Shown piece by piece: positions 11,757 to 24,000 of a DNA stretch of 64,000 nucleotides. The translations under genes and the position numbers were made by a program. Numbering within the stretch: position 1 is the stretch's first letter; each line of letters opens with the position of its first letter. Origin of the DNA: Elsinoe ampelina. Lineage: Eukaryota. Under the pieces are notes generated by a model. That model searched no databases. It worked only from the letters and a program-made list of their open reading frames with translations, and was not told where the DNA came from. The stretch lies in NCBI GenBank assembly GCA_010093995.1, contig ML992505.1, positions 1,656,670 to 1,720,669 of the forward strand, in the 5' to 3' direction.

Positions 11757-12614
11757 ATGCCCGGACCCATAAAGCCTCACTACCCACCCCCTGCCGACCT
11801 ACAGAACACCCTCCCCCTCGAGCCACCCCACCTCGCCTCCCTGATCCACACCCTCAACCTCCGCCCCCACATCGAAGGCGGCTACTTTGTCGAAACGGAC
11901 CGCTCGCCACTACGCATCCCCAACGCCTTCCTCAGCACTACCAATCCCGCCCCCTCATCTCCCCACGACCCAAGCAAAGTCCAAGGAACCCACGCCCTCC
12001 AACGCCACCTGGAAGCCAGCACCTCAGGTAAAAACACAGTGACCCAGCCCGGCCTGAGAGGAAGCTACAACCTCTCCCCCACCACCCGCTCCGCATCCAC
12101 CAGCATCCTCTACCTCCTCACCCCCGCCAACCCACAGGGGAATTTCCACAGGAACAAGTCCCGGGCGATCCACTCGTTGGTGAGCGGGAGGGGGAGGTAC
12201 GTCGTTATCCACCCCGTCGATGAGGGATCAGGTTCGCCTCAACCTCCATCTCCATCTCCATCTCCCGGTCTTGATGGTAGGACAGCGGCGGGTGGGGATC
12301 GATCGGGCGGGAGTCAAGCAGGGGAGGTACGAGTCGGGAGGGTGGAGACTTTTGTCGTGGGCAAGGACGTGGCTAAGGGGGAGAGGGTGCAGTGGGTTGT
12401 TGAGGGGGGGAGGTGGAAGGGGAGTTTCCTTTTGGGTGCGGAGGGAGAGGGGGGAAGTGAGAGGGAGGGGGACGGGGAGCAAGGGTTGTTGATTAGTGAG
12501 ACGGTGGTGCCGGGGTTTGAGTATGAGGATCATGAGTTTTTGACGCGGGAGAAGGCTAGGGAGGTACTGGGTGAGAGGGAGGGGGAGTTGGGGTGGTTGG
12601 TTAGGAAGGGGTAG
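11757..12614 (+). CDS. Cupin, DUF985 (YML079w-like) family
   Basis: LNLRPHIEGGYFVETDRS, ASTSILYLL, GNFHRNKS, QWVVEGGRWKGSFL, LISETVVPGFEYEDH. Confidence 0.88.
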   Translation: MPGPIKPHYPPPADLQNTLPLEPPHLASLIHTLNLRPHIEGGYFVETDRSPLRIPNAFLSTTNPAPSSPHDPSKVQGTHALQRHLEASTSGKNTVTQPGLRGSYNLSPTTRSASTSILYLLTPANPQGNFHRNKSRAIHSLVSGRGRYVVIHPVDEGSGSPQPPSPSPSPGLDGRTAAGGDRSGGSQAGEVRVGRVETFVVGKDVAKGERVQWVVEGGRWKGSFLLGAEGEGGSEREGDGEQGLLISETVVPGFEYEDHEFLTREKAREVLGEREGELGWLVRKG

Positions 12615-12900
12615 GTTGGGGATAGTAGATAAGTTGATGGTCTTGATACAGGTAGGGGAAGGTGAAGTGACTTAAGTGAAGGGTCGTGGAGAGGCGATAT
12701 CAAGGCAGATCACAGATGTTTGCGAGAAGGACATGAGGTACGAAAGACAGTATAGACAGGAAAGCATTATACCCAATTCGCTCGCTTTCATCTATGTACA
12801 CATTGTCTCGTTATGCTACGTTGATTACAGGTATCCTAACTTTTTTTTTACCAATTGAAACAGAGAATTCAAGATGTTCATATAGGCAGCTGCTAGGTGA

Positions 12901-14409
12901 TTACGTAGGTTGTGGTGTTTGGTGAGCACTATCAGGAGATGACGATGTGCTTGTTCCAGCGGCGCTCCAGCTGTCTCTTCGCATGCTAAAATTCGGAAAG
13001 GAGGGTCGTCGCAGTGGTTCACGATCAATGGGCGTTCCGGCTGTGATGTGGATGCTCGGGAGACGCTCAATGGCGGGTAACGATGGGGCATCGGAGACTG
13101 GTCTTGCTGCTGGAGCTGGGACTTGCGGTGTGAGAGACGTGAGAGGTGCAGATGCTCGTCGCGGGTTGACGGGACTGGTGTATGGTGGTGGATCAGCATC
13201 TGGCAGCTGGGTGGACCCAGCAACATCTGTATTGAGGCTGAGATGCCGTCCTCGACTGGCTGCTCGACTGCCAGGGTTTGAAGTCGCTCCGAGAGCATTG
13301 AACGATCTTGGTCGTGAAAGCGTCCTAGCTCTTGAGCTTGCTCTTGACCTCGATTGTGAGTGCGGCCTTGTCCTTGAGCCCTGCAGGGTCAATGTGTCAT
13401 AGTCGCTGTCATTGTCTGACCACGCGGACCCATCGTCTGAGCCGAAACTTGTCATGGAGACATTTGTAAAGGACGAACTACCCCTTCGATGACTTCCTAG
13501 ACTTTCTCGAGACACCCAGGGTCGGAGTGGTCCAGACATGCCAAGGGCTCCAGTGGCGTCAAGCAAAGGCCTTTCTGATTCGCCAGAGTTGCCTCTCACT
13601 CTGCTTCCATCATGTCGGGCGACTCCAAGATCTCCGTAGCTAACAGTGCTGACCCTTCTTGATCGAGGGCGTGACTCGTGCTCGAGAATAAGCGCTTCTG
13701 ATCCGCTGACCTCACGTTCTCTCGCCGCTCTTCGAGACTCTTGTCGCAAGTTTGCCAGTGTTTCATGGTCACCTCTGTCGCGTGCTTCCCTCCGTCTCCG
13801 CCGGCGATCCTGTCGTGCTTCTGCTTCTCTGCGTCGTGCCACTCGGATTTGGTATAAGGACTCCATCTCTTCATTTCGCCTTTCCTCTTCTCGCTCGTTT
13901 GTCTCCGGAAATTCGACCACTGTATCCATGCCCGCTCGCTCCCCTTCCCTACCAATTACTCCTTCATTCTCGCCAGGGACTGCTGAATATTTCGGTAAGG
14001 TCATGACACTCCGAATGCTTGTATTGCGGTTGAGACCTGCTCCTCCTTCGACATGCTCCATCCGGTGGCTGCTTGGAATCGAAAAGGTCGAGTCGCGGAC
14101 ATCGTCTCGCACATGTCCAATAGGGTGTATGTGGCTGAAGGCGGAAGCAAAGGACTGTATGCTTGCCCTCCACGACTTGCGCTTGGTATAGCCATGTTCG
14201 CGCTGTAATTGTTTCGCTCGGCGATTGAAATACCAGAAGAAGAAAATGATGCAAAAGACCAGAATGGAGATGACTACGACTAGGACCTAAGCACAGTCAG
14301 GGCTGTCTTCTGAAAGACAAGCACGTATGCATTGACATACAATAACAATCGTCTGTGTGCTGACACCTCCACTAGGCTGATCAAGCTGTTGTCGCGAAAC
14401 GAGTCGCAT
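12901..14409 (-). CDS. Single-pass membrane protein with long disordered tail carrying PY motifs, 2 exons
   Basis: ATG 14409 MRLVSRQQ...TIVI, intron 14287-14340 (GTATGT..CTGAC..TAG), VLVVVISILVFCIIFFFWYFNRR TM segment leading in frame into the 403-aa ORF; LPKY and PPPY motifs. Confidence 0.7.
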
Positions 14410-14855
14410 TGCGAAAACAACCCGCAGGTGAAGATCAGCCGGGTCGTTGGAAACGGTTTCGGGAGTGGCTCGTCGTTTGTCCTGCAGCCCAGGATGGGCG
14501 GGAAACTACAGCATGAAGAATTGAGTTGAAAAGAGGAACAAACAAATGTCAAGAGATAGCGAGCGACAGAAAGCAAAAGAAGGTAAGAGCTGAGAATAGG
14601 TGCACGTAAGATGGCGGCGTAAGAGCCAAGTGTGAGGGTCAGCGACCAGGATCAAGACTAAAAGGGGAATTGACCGGGGCGGGAGTGACGGGAACAGACG
14701 GGAAAGTCGATCGCGACGGTTCCTGGGGTGGGAATTGCCGGCGTTTCGCGTAAATTTGCCCCTACCACTTCTTCTGTCTTTATTTCATACCATCACACTT
14801 CCTGTCGGACTGGCGATTGGTGTCAAGGGGAAGTGGCAGAACAGTATCATTCAAG

Positions 14856-16478
14856 ATGAGTGCAGAAACAAAAGCTGCTGCTTCGGCATTGTCGACCCTG
14901 GCAGCTCAATCGACTCCCCAAACCGCCACGAGTACCACAAAGACACAGCCTCCACCTGAAACATCAGAGAGCATCAAGACCCGCAGATACATCTTGACTT
15001 CATTCTGGGTCATCATAATCTTGCTCGGACTGCCTATATGGATCTACACGACCACTGTACCTCGAGCTACACTGCCTCTGGATGTCATGAATCAATGGGC
15101 AAATGGACAGGCATGTCAGTTCGAGTTTCCTCTTCATGTTGCCATCGAGTCTGAGCGACCACAAGACAATCAGCAACTTGCACGTCTCGTACAACAGACA
15201 CTGGACGATCATGATGTGTCCGCATTGCATCATTTGCGAATCGCCCCTGGAGGACAGCTGGACAAAAGGCCAGCAGTCACCGTCAAGCTCACAGGAGATG
15301 CGGCGCTCAAGGATGCCAAAGTGACCACCCAAAGATATGATCCCGTTCTAGAGATCCGCCATGCGCCACTCTCTGGCTCCCCTCATGCCTCTGGACTGAT
15401 GCCACTTGCAAGCATAATTGCTGGAGAGCTTCGAAACATGTTCGAGGAGGAACAGTCCATGCTTACCGACCTGCTCATCAATGCTGGTAGACAAGTACCG
15501 AACGTCAAGAGATCTCAAGATACGATCGACACGCTCAGTCAAAGGTCCATGCGGACTTTCAAATATGCTCCTACATATCACCTCACCTTTTCTCTGTTCT
15601 CAGGAGACGCATCACCAGCTGCTTGGGAAATTAAAGCTGCTTTGGACGAGTACTTGCAGCCTCTTCTATCATCTTTCTCAGCAATCAGCTCATTCACTGT
15701 CGACACCCAAGTCCAGCTATACGCCTCTCTATCACCTTCCATGCAGGGTCCGACCCTCGACGAAAAATCAAAGCAGTGGACGTTGGAGAAGTCCGACCTC
15801 AGTGGGTTCATCAATGCTGCCGAATGGCCACTCAGTCCCAGTATAGGCGCTGGACCGACTATCAACTTTGTCCTTTACGTGCCATCGGAAAAGCAGAGAC
15901 CACTTATTCTACAGGAGAATGGTGGTACTAGCTGGCTGATTCCACAATGGGGTGGCGTTCAGATCTTGAATCCTACCTCGAACCAGGTCAAGCGTGGCGG
16001 ACTGACCAAAGATGATCTCCAGCCAGTCATGCTGACCTTTGCTGAGCAACTGGTCACTCTTCTTGGCTTACCCAAAACTCCATCTTCACTGCCGATACAA
16101 CTGGGAACTCTTACTCGAGAAAGGGCTGCTTCACTCATCCTGTCAGCCTCGTCGACTCTTGGGGCTCTATCGAGATTGACACTGAAGCTCACATCTATTG
16201 CAATCCCAGACAGTGTTGCTCAGTCGGTCGACAAAACTATCAGTCATCTTGATCAAGCCTGCAATGATCTCCGCAATGCTCGTTATGCATCAGCACTAGA
16301 GCATGCGCGGACTGCTGAGAATGAAGCTGAGCAGGCTTTCTTCGAACCATCCATGGTAGGACAAGTTTACTTTCCTGACGAACACAAGGTCGCCGTCTAT
16401 GTGCCCATGCTCGGTCCCATGGCTGTCCCACTGGTCATGGCACTTCTCAAAGAGCTCAAGAAGCTTCGTCAAAAGTGA
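14856..16478 (+). CDS. GPI17: GPI transamidase subunit PIG-S/Gpi17
   Basis: N-terminal TM LGLPIWIYTTTVPRATLP, SWLIPQWGGVQI, C-terminal AFFEPSMVGQVYFPDEHKVAVYVPMLGP. Confidence 0.93.
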   Translation: MSAETKAAASALSTLAAQSTPQTATSTTKTQPPPETSESIKTRRYILTSFWVIIILLGLPIWIYTTTVPRATLPLDVMNQWANGQACQFEFPLHVAIESERPQDNQQLARLVQQTLDDHDVSALHHLRIAPGGQLDKRPAVTVKLTGDAALKDAKVTTQRYDPVLEIRHAPLSGSPHASGLMPLASIIAGELRNMFEEEQSMLTDLLINAGRQVPNVKRSQDTIDTLSQRSMRTFKYAPTYHLTFSLFSGDASPAAWEIKAALDEYLQPLLSSFSAISSFTVDTQVQLYASLSPSMQGPTLDEKSKQWTLEKSDLSGFINAAEWPLSPSIGAGPTINFVLYVPSEKQRPLILQENGGTSWLIPQWGGVQILNPTSNQVKRGGLTKDDLQPVMLTFAEQLVTLLGLPKTPSSLPIQLGTLTRERAASLILSASSTLGALSRLTLKLTSIAIPDSVAQSVDKTISHLDQACNDLRNARYASALEHARTAENEAEQAFFEPSMVGQVYFPDEHKVAVYVPMLGPMAVPLVMALLKELKKLRQK

Positions 16479-16761
16479 AGCGATCATGGCTGCCGAAGAC
16501 ATATCCTATTGGCTCTCATGAAAGCCATAGACCAGCCCTATCACTGCTTCCCCGGGATTCTGGTGCTACGGTGATGCGGAAGAGTGATATAGAGTTGCGG
16601 CACTGGTGCGGGGTACAGTAAATGTCCAGGTCCACCAAGAACACAACAACCCCACCAAGATCGACATTGATCGAGTCAAAACATAAGAGCGAAGCTGCCC
16701 TCACCTTGGAGACTTCATCAATCATACAAGAAACATCTGCGAATATCTTCACATACACAAC

Positions 16762-18139
16762 ATGGGTCGTAGCGACATCCAGCAAGCCGTTCAAGGCGTT
16801 CTCGATGGCGTTACTCAGGATCCGCAGAAGGCGCCTGGCATAGTTTTTGTAGCTGTCGACAAGAACGGAGACACTCTCACAGCCAATGCATCTGGACACA
16901 GGAGCGTCAATGGCAAGAAACCAATGGATCTCGATACAATCTTCTGGATCGCAAGTTGCACGAAGTTGCTCGCGACTATTGCATGCTTGCAGCTGGTCGA
17001 GCAAGGCAAACTTCACTTGGATGACCCGAAGCATCTTTACCAACATGTGCCGGAGATTGAGAAACTCCAGGTGTTACAAGATGATTCGTCTCTCAAGCCT
17101 CGAGAAGGAGACATTACACTCCGCCAACTGCTCTCACACACCGCTGGCTTTGGGTACAGTTTCTTCAACAAGAAGCTGCGCGATTTTGGTCGCCCAATGG
17201 GCATTGATGAGTTTGACGGCGATGTCGACTCTATTCTGAATACACCTCTCGTCAATCAGCCTGGTAGTCGGTGGGAGTATGGTGTAGGTTGTCCTATCCC
17301 TGTAAAAAGGTCGAGCACTAATCAAATCAGACCAACATTGACTGGGCTGGCATCTATGCCGAACGAGTCTCCGGCATGACCTTGAATGATCTCCTCCAAA
17401 AGAACATCCTCGAACCGCTTGGTCTAAAGAACATCAACATGTTTCCCACCCCTTCCATGAAAGAAAACCTTGCTTCGATGCATCAACGCTGGCCTGGCAG
17501 CACCGAGCTTTCCGAACGTGACCACCCTTGGCGCAAGCCCCTCCTCGCCAACTCACCCGAGGCTAAGAAGCAGGTATTGAACTCGGGCGGTGCAGGCTGC
17601 TACGCAAGGCCAACGGAGTACGTCCAAGTACTGGCAACATTACTGAACGACGGCAAGCATCCAAAGAGCGGTGTCCAGATCCTCAAGAAAGAGACGGTGG
17701 AAGAGATGTTCAAGAACCAGATACCAGATTTCCCAGACTTTGCCAGGCAACACATCGAGGCGTCAAAGCCAGAGTGGAGTAACAGCCTTCCAGAGCTGTA
17801 TCCGCAAGCTGGAAACCCACCGCAAGGTAAGCAGATTCCACGGTTAGGATAAAGGATGTAGTACTGACATGCTCAGGCTGGGGTCTGTCATTCCACCTTC
17901 TCATTGAGCCTGGTCCAACAGGTAGAGGAGCCAACAGCGTCAATTGGGCTGGTATTGCTAATTTGTTCTACTGGATTGACCGAGAGAAGGGCGTCGCTGG
18001 TATGATTGCCAGTCAGGTCCTGCCTTTTGGTGACCCACATGTCATGGGTGCTTGGGGTATGTCAGAAGCCATGGTCTACCAGAACCTGGGTGATGTGTCT
18101 GAAGCCAAGGAGGGGGTGGATAAGTTAAGCCTGTCATGA
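16762..18139 (+). CDS. Beta-lactamase-family serine hydrolase (LovD-like transesterase/esterase), 3 exons
   Basis: IFWIASCTK (SxxK), ITLRQLLSHTAG, PGSRWEYG; introns 17284-17330 and 17827-17876; WAGIANLFYWIDREKG; TGA 18137-18139. Confidence 0.9.
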
Positions 18140-21100
18140 TTGTCTGGTGTGACCTTTCCGCTGCCATAGTCCTCTCTGTAGCAAGTACTAGCCCTGTACA
18201 AAACTCGAGTTTGACATTCGACTCTTTGTCTCATCGCTTAGCCATGACCAACAACATGCTCAAGGACGAGCAATGTTTGTCATCTCATCATGACCTCGAT
18301 CCATCACGCCTCCATCTCTCTTGCATACATCTACCACGCCAACCATCACGCCTTGAGGATCTCCACTCACCACCCCGGATCTGATCGATGCCATGCATGA
18401 AAAAGCAAAGGCAGAAGCAAGCACTACCGCTCCCTGATCCTCCTCCATTTTCCCCCGCCTCACTAGCCATGCAAATGCTGTCCCATCTCCCCGAACCCAA
18501 GTACCATTAGCCTGTGCCCTGTCAACCTTACAAAGAAGTGGAGAGACCAGCAAAAGTCAATTCGCATACCCCAACTGCCAGATCTGCTAAATCGAGAAGA
18601 TCTTTCAGACAGGCATGGGAAAGCAAGCATGAAGGAACCCAATAGGAGCCCCGGAGGTAGAGCTGTGAAGCCGAGCTAAAGAAAAGCTAATCAAGGGGAT
18701 GCAAGCACTACCGACCCCTGGACCTTGAGGTTATTCTCATGCAGTACCTACCGAGCATCCTTGACCCGGCGATCTGGTCTCTAGTCCCTACCTATCAATG
18801 GGAGGCAACCTTAGGTAGTAGACTTGCACGTGAAAGGAGACCTTCTACCTCCATCCAGTGTCCCGTTGCTGGTGTGCTGTCCACAGCGTGAAGCCTACCC
18901 AGCAATCCACGATCGTCCATACATAACGCCATGATCACTCAGCCCAGGACCTGATACCACCACCGTTACAACCCCCCCAAGAGGAAAATCAAAGTGCATG
19001 CATACCCTCCCTTCCCCCAACGCGTCCTGTCCGGCCAGGAACAGCTTCAGGCTTGAGGAGCGATAGTGCATGCATGCATGCCTCCCCCTCGGCCGCACGC
19101 GTGTCTCTTCCCCCTGAACCTTGGAGGGGGAAACGTCAGCCACGCATCCAATGAGGCATTCTCGACGGTGGGATGACGTTACGGAGGATGCGGGTGGGAG
19201 TGATAGTGGCAGATCAGCCAGCGGGAAGATCTAGGCTGCTTGGATGCGAGAGGGACGATCTCGTGCAGACGGGGGCTGCGCTGCCTGCGAGGCTGGAGCC
19301 GGGGTTGGAGCTTGAGCTTTTGAGCTGGGCGATGTGGGGAGAAGGATGAGGAGGCGACGGTTTCAGGTCTCCTGGCCTCTGCATAATCTTTAGACGGGGG
19401 AGTGGCGAGGGGAGTCGAGAATCGTGACGGCGACGAGGAAGAGGAGAACGGCGTTATCGAAGCAGTCTCATCCTGCCTGGATCTATCCTTCGACGGTGCT
19501 GCGTTTCCTCCTTCGTTCTGTTCTCCCATCTCAGACACAGACTGCGGCTCCCTCTTGATCGGCCTCGAGTCTCGGACTTACCGGCCTGAAGCAACTTTCG
19601 CCTTCGGTCCTTCTTTCACACCTAAAACGGTAAAGTCTCGGGACTGCAACACGCGGGGAGATCTCGTTTCGAGCCAAGCGGCAGATCTCCCGGTCGCGCT
19701 GGCGCTGGATCAGGTAACGCTCCCGTGTACCCGTCCAAGGGGATCGGTCTCGCGGCTCTGCTGAAACGTGCTGGTACGTGGCTCTTTCGAGATTCCTTTT
19801 TCTGACTCGTCTTGGATAGTAGCACAGCTGCATGAACGTTTCCCAACCAGGTCAATCGAGAAGGTCGGGTTGGAACAAAGGATCGAGGCAGTGGGATTGG
19901 GGAGAAATAGCCGGCCTCTTCAGGGCTGGGAATTGGAGCGACATGACGAAATTTCGAAATAGTTTGAGGTTGGGGGCTGAGTGTTCCACCTCGAAGCTCG
20001 ATGAGATTGGAATCTGCAATTGGGCCGGACATTTCGGGGCCTGTCACGCTCACGCACGCACCACGGGCACAGAAAATTTCCTACAGTGCTGTGTGCGGAT
20101 AGACATGTGCAACAGGGCCATTAATTACACCGGGTATGGTACCAAGATCTGAAGCTATTATTCTCCCGGATGGCAAGTATCAGATACTGCACTGTAATGT
20201 CGCCGAGACGAGATCTCAAATTTGATGCATGCATAGCAAGTAGACTCGAGTCTTGTGTCAGGTCCATGTCAACAGATCGAGACCCGACTTCCGATTGCCT
20301 TCTGGAACGCACAGCTGTTTTGCCATGCACGGCCGGTAGGCGCCACGGTTGGCCTCGGGCGATGAAGCTGTCGTGTGCGTGACAGAGACAATATGCGCGA
20401 CATGAGGAGATGTCAGTGTCACTCCTGCGAGGATGAGGATGGGACCCGCTTTGTCTGACCCGTTACGGAAAGATTATTAGCTCTACGCGTCTGCCCCCTC
20501 GAAGGCGCGTGAGAGACATACTCTATGCATGCTTGATTGACGGACGGCGGCGGCGGCGGCGGGCTTGCCCTTGAGCCTCCCTTTGTTTCTGAGACAACAA
20601 TGTCGTATGTCAAACTCGAGCAGGAGAATTACCGTGCCGGCTTGTCAGGAATTGACTTCTGCAGTGGAGATCTTTGGCCGATGGGGGTATTGGCGGTGTA
20701 TAGAAAATTTTCTGCTCGAGGTTTTTGATAGACCCGAGCGAGCACATGTGAAGGCGCAAGGACAATTGGATCTGGCCAAAGGATAACCCTCTCAGCGGCC
20801 AGCACGGCGGGGCATCAACGTAGACCGTTTGGGAGGAAGGCTGACGATTTACATAACGCCCCACGCCGTTGTCCCACACGATGCTCTCAATCTAAAAGCA
20901 ATGACAGTCGGTGACGATGCTAATGTATGGCTGCCTCGGTGATGGGGTGGGTATCAGAATGTCGGCTGCCAGGCAAAGTTTTTTGGTCTACGGGCAGCAC
21001 AGGCGGCCAAGCGAGAGGGCCGGCGGTGGCATGGCTGTAAGGAAGGTCGGGAGGTGGAGTCGTCGTAGTCAAGGGCATGAGCTGCAATATATCCGCATGG

Positions 21101-23752
21101 CGGGGGGTGAGCTGGTCTATTTCAGGCATCTCGTTGGTTAGTGACGTGACTGAGTGTGAGAGAGCTCCACAAAGATCGCGAGGTCTTGGACCATGTGGTG
21201 GTAATGCTTTTACACTACGTGTCAAGTCAGTAATAAGCGACTTGTCGGTCTGCAAGGTTGTCGATAGAGTGTTGCCATGTGCTCCACGATTGTTGAAGAC
21301 GTTTGTCATGAATATCGACAGGCCTTGACCCCATCGGCTGGGAGCAAAGTAAAAATTCTTGTCGGTGGAACGAACAAGTAAGGTGTAGATGCATTAGTTT
21401 CATGCCGGAAGTCGAGGCAAAAAGCATCCATAGTTCCATATAGCGTGCAAGGGCACGTGTCTCTTTGTCAGAAAGAGCTGTCTACCTCCAATCTTCAGCT
21501 GGAAGGATGAGCATCTGATTTGCTAGACGACTGGATCAGGACTATCATAATGACCGTCAATCGATTGCCAATGGAGGCAAAATATGTTTGACGAGATTAG
21601 CATCAGCCTCCCGAAACGCGTGCCATGCCATGACGCGAATTGGAGACGACGGTTTAAGTGCTCGCATGCGGGCAAAATTGGTGGATCCGGGATATTGGGC
21701 CAAGCGAGGTGTGATTTTCTGCAGCAGCTCAGCTCTTGTTGGATCGTCAAGGATCCTCTGCCAATGGTGTCTTTTGTGGCTCCTCTAATAATGTGAAAAC
21801 AGTGAAATGCACGACCGGTAGCTTTCCGTCTTTGTTTCGTTATGTCAGACTCGCCTCAAGGCGTTCCCCGTCTTTTCCACCACTTGGCCGCGTGAGAGTT
21901 GGCTTCGTGTGGCCGGCGTGATTGGTTCTGCCTCTACGGTCGACCGCATTTAGCGCCAGAGCTTGTGCCTGCATTTCCTGCTTCGACACCAAAGGATACC
22001 TGCCAGAAGAACGCGTTTGAAGGGCCTACGACCCGTGGTGGACGACTGGTCCGTCGTTTTCCACAGATTGCGATTGCCACAAGCCCGTTCCAGTTGGGCC
22101 GGTTTGGACGTGATTGCATGGAAAGTGATTGTCGATAGGCCTCGACGGGACAGATTGTTCAACGTGGTACAAGAGTGGCCAGTACTGGAATACTGCATGA
22201 TGATGGGGAATTACGCTGCAAGGACTGCATTTACAGGTCGGAACAACGCGTTTGTTCTCCATGCTCGACAAGATGAGACTGTCTGGTTTCCTGATTGATC
22301 CACGTCCGTGACAAGCGCTAGGCCACGCTCGGTGCCGTGGTGGATGGGTTTGGGTTGACGGGGCTTGAGAGACCGGGCGGCACCAGCGGATCTCTGCTCG
22401 TTCGTTGTGTCGCTAGATTAGCCCTCTTGCCCAGAGCTGGATCCTGGTCCTCTAGTCGTGCTCCACCGAGGCGTCTTGCGTCTGAGCGTGTGAGAAAGAG
22501 CGTGTTCGTGACTTTCGTGTGCGTGCTCCCTAACGTCTTTTCTCCCGACCACTCCCTCCTCTTCAACCTCACATCCTCCTCCCCCCCCGTGTCTCACCCC
22601 TCAATGGAGCTCTTGTAAAAAGGTCACGATTGGTGCAGCATTCGAGCCAGAACGTTTCGACGTCGAAGCTGTCCTGATCTGACTTGTACTCCTTCTCCTC
22701 CCACTGGTTTAGCTCCTACCAGTTCATCTTAATCTTACATTCTCTTTTCTTGAAGACTGTTCTTGATCAGTTCTTCTTACCATACCTCAACGAGACACGA
22801 CATCCTCCTCATCTACGGATTATCCTCATTCTGTGTCGACCTCTCCCTCTTCGTTGAACGTAGAGATCTTCGACCAGACCACGTTCACACGACCTCACAC
22901 GACTCATACTACGATATCATCGAGTATCACTCTCACTTACGCCTTCCGAAAGGTTGTCATCAGCTTCGAGGTAAGACTTTTCCTGTTGGAGTGACACGTG
23001 ACGATAGATGTTATCGATGCTGGCACCAACGCACTGCTTTGCTGGACCCGACTATATTTGCTGGAACTCGATTGAATGTGCTGGAGCTCGACATGAAACG
23101 CACTTGACCAGTAATGCAAGAAATGGGATACCGGATTGGTAGGAGATCATCGGTCATCGATATAAGAGTAGGATGACAATCACACCACGGGGTACTGCCA
23201 ACTCATCACCAAATTTCCTCGAGTCAAGGATCGAAAAATTGACGATCCTCTTCATCAAACGCGTTGGCACAAGCAATCACTGCCATACCTTCTTTTTCGA
23301 CGTTGCTTCATTGCATTCCTTCTCAAAGAATGCCATTTCTGAACAATCAGCCACAAATTTCGACAATCACAACCACAATCAACGACTCTGCTTGCTGCTG
23401 GCTACTGACTGCAATTGAGACATTGTTGTATCAAAAAGCTGACAATCATTATAGTTCCAAAGGATTCGGCTCTATCAAAAAGCTGAATTCTAGACTTGAC
23501 CTGACATCCTCCACCCCCACCAGTAAGTAAAAATCCCCCCTTTCGATGACGACGAATCTAGGTCGATCCAGTACTTACATTCCTTCAGGTTCTCCTGGCA
23601 AGAATAAAAAAAAGACTTTCGGGTCAAGCCGTTTGAACTTTTGCCCCTGCGGAGACGTTAGCTCGCCCTCTGCACCATCCACCGCGACTCTTTCAACGTT
23701 CAAGCCCCCCCTCCCCGATACCAGCTCCAATCTCCCACGCGGAAATTGATCT

Positions 23753-23788
23753 ATGACCGTGGTTGCTGTTACTGGGCAAGGGATCTGA
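23753..23788 (+). promoter_or_regulatory. Putative uORF (MTVVAVTGQGI*) in the cyclin leader
   Basis: Only ATG found in the predicted spliced leader between 22620 and 24000. Confidence 0.5.
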
Positions 23789-24000
23789 AGTCTGTCGCGT
23801 CTGTCAATCCAAAAAGGTATGCATCTACTTTCAACGTCCAAATGCCATTCATCTCGATCGTATTCTAACTTCCCGTTCCAGACCAATAGGATTGACCACT
23901 CTCTCTTTTATACTACCGTCTCCACCCTCTCTTTGAACATACCATCCAACTACATACAGTCTTTTCACCAACACAGTCATTCTCTTCAACCACACACATC

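Noticed and set aside
16762..18139. Secondary-metabolite cluster around the LovD-like esterase
   Set aside because: No PKS, NRPS, transporter or pathway regulator nearby; neighbours are housekeeping genes.
20545..20560. Short (GGC)n run
   Set aside because: Ordinary microsatellite; not a spacer-repeat array.
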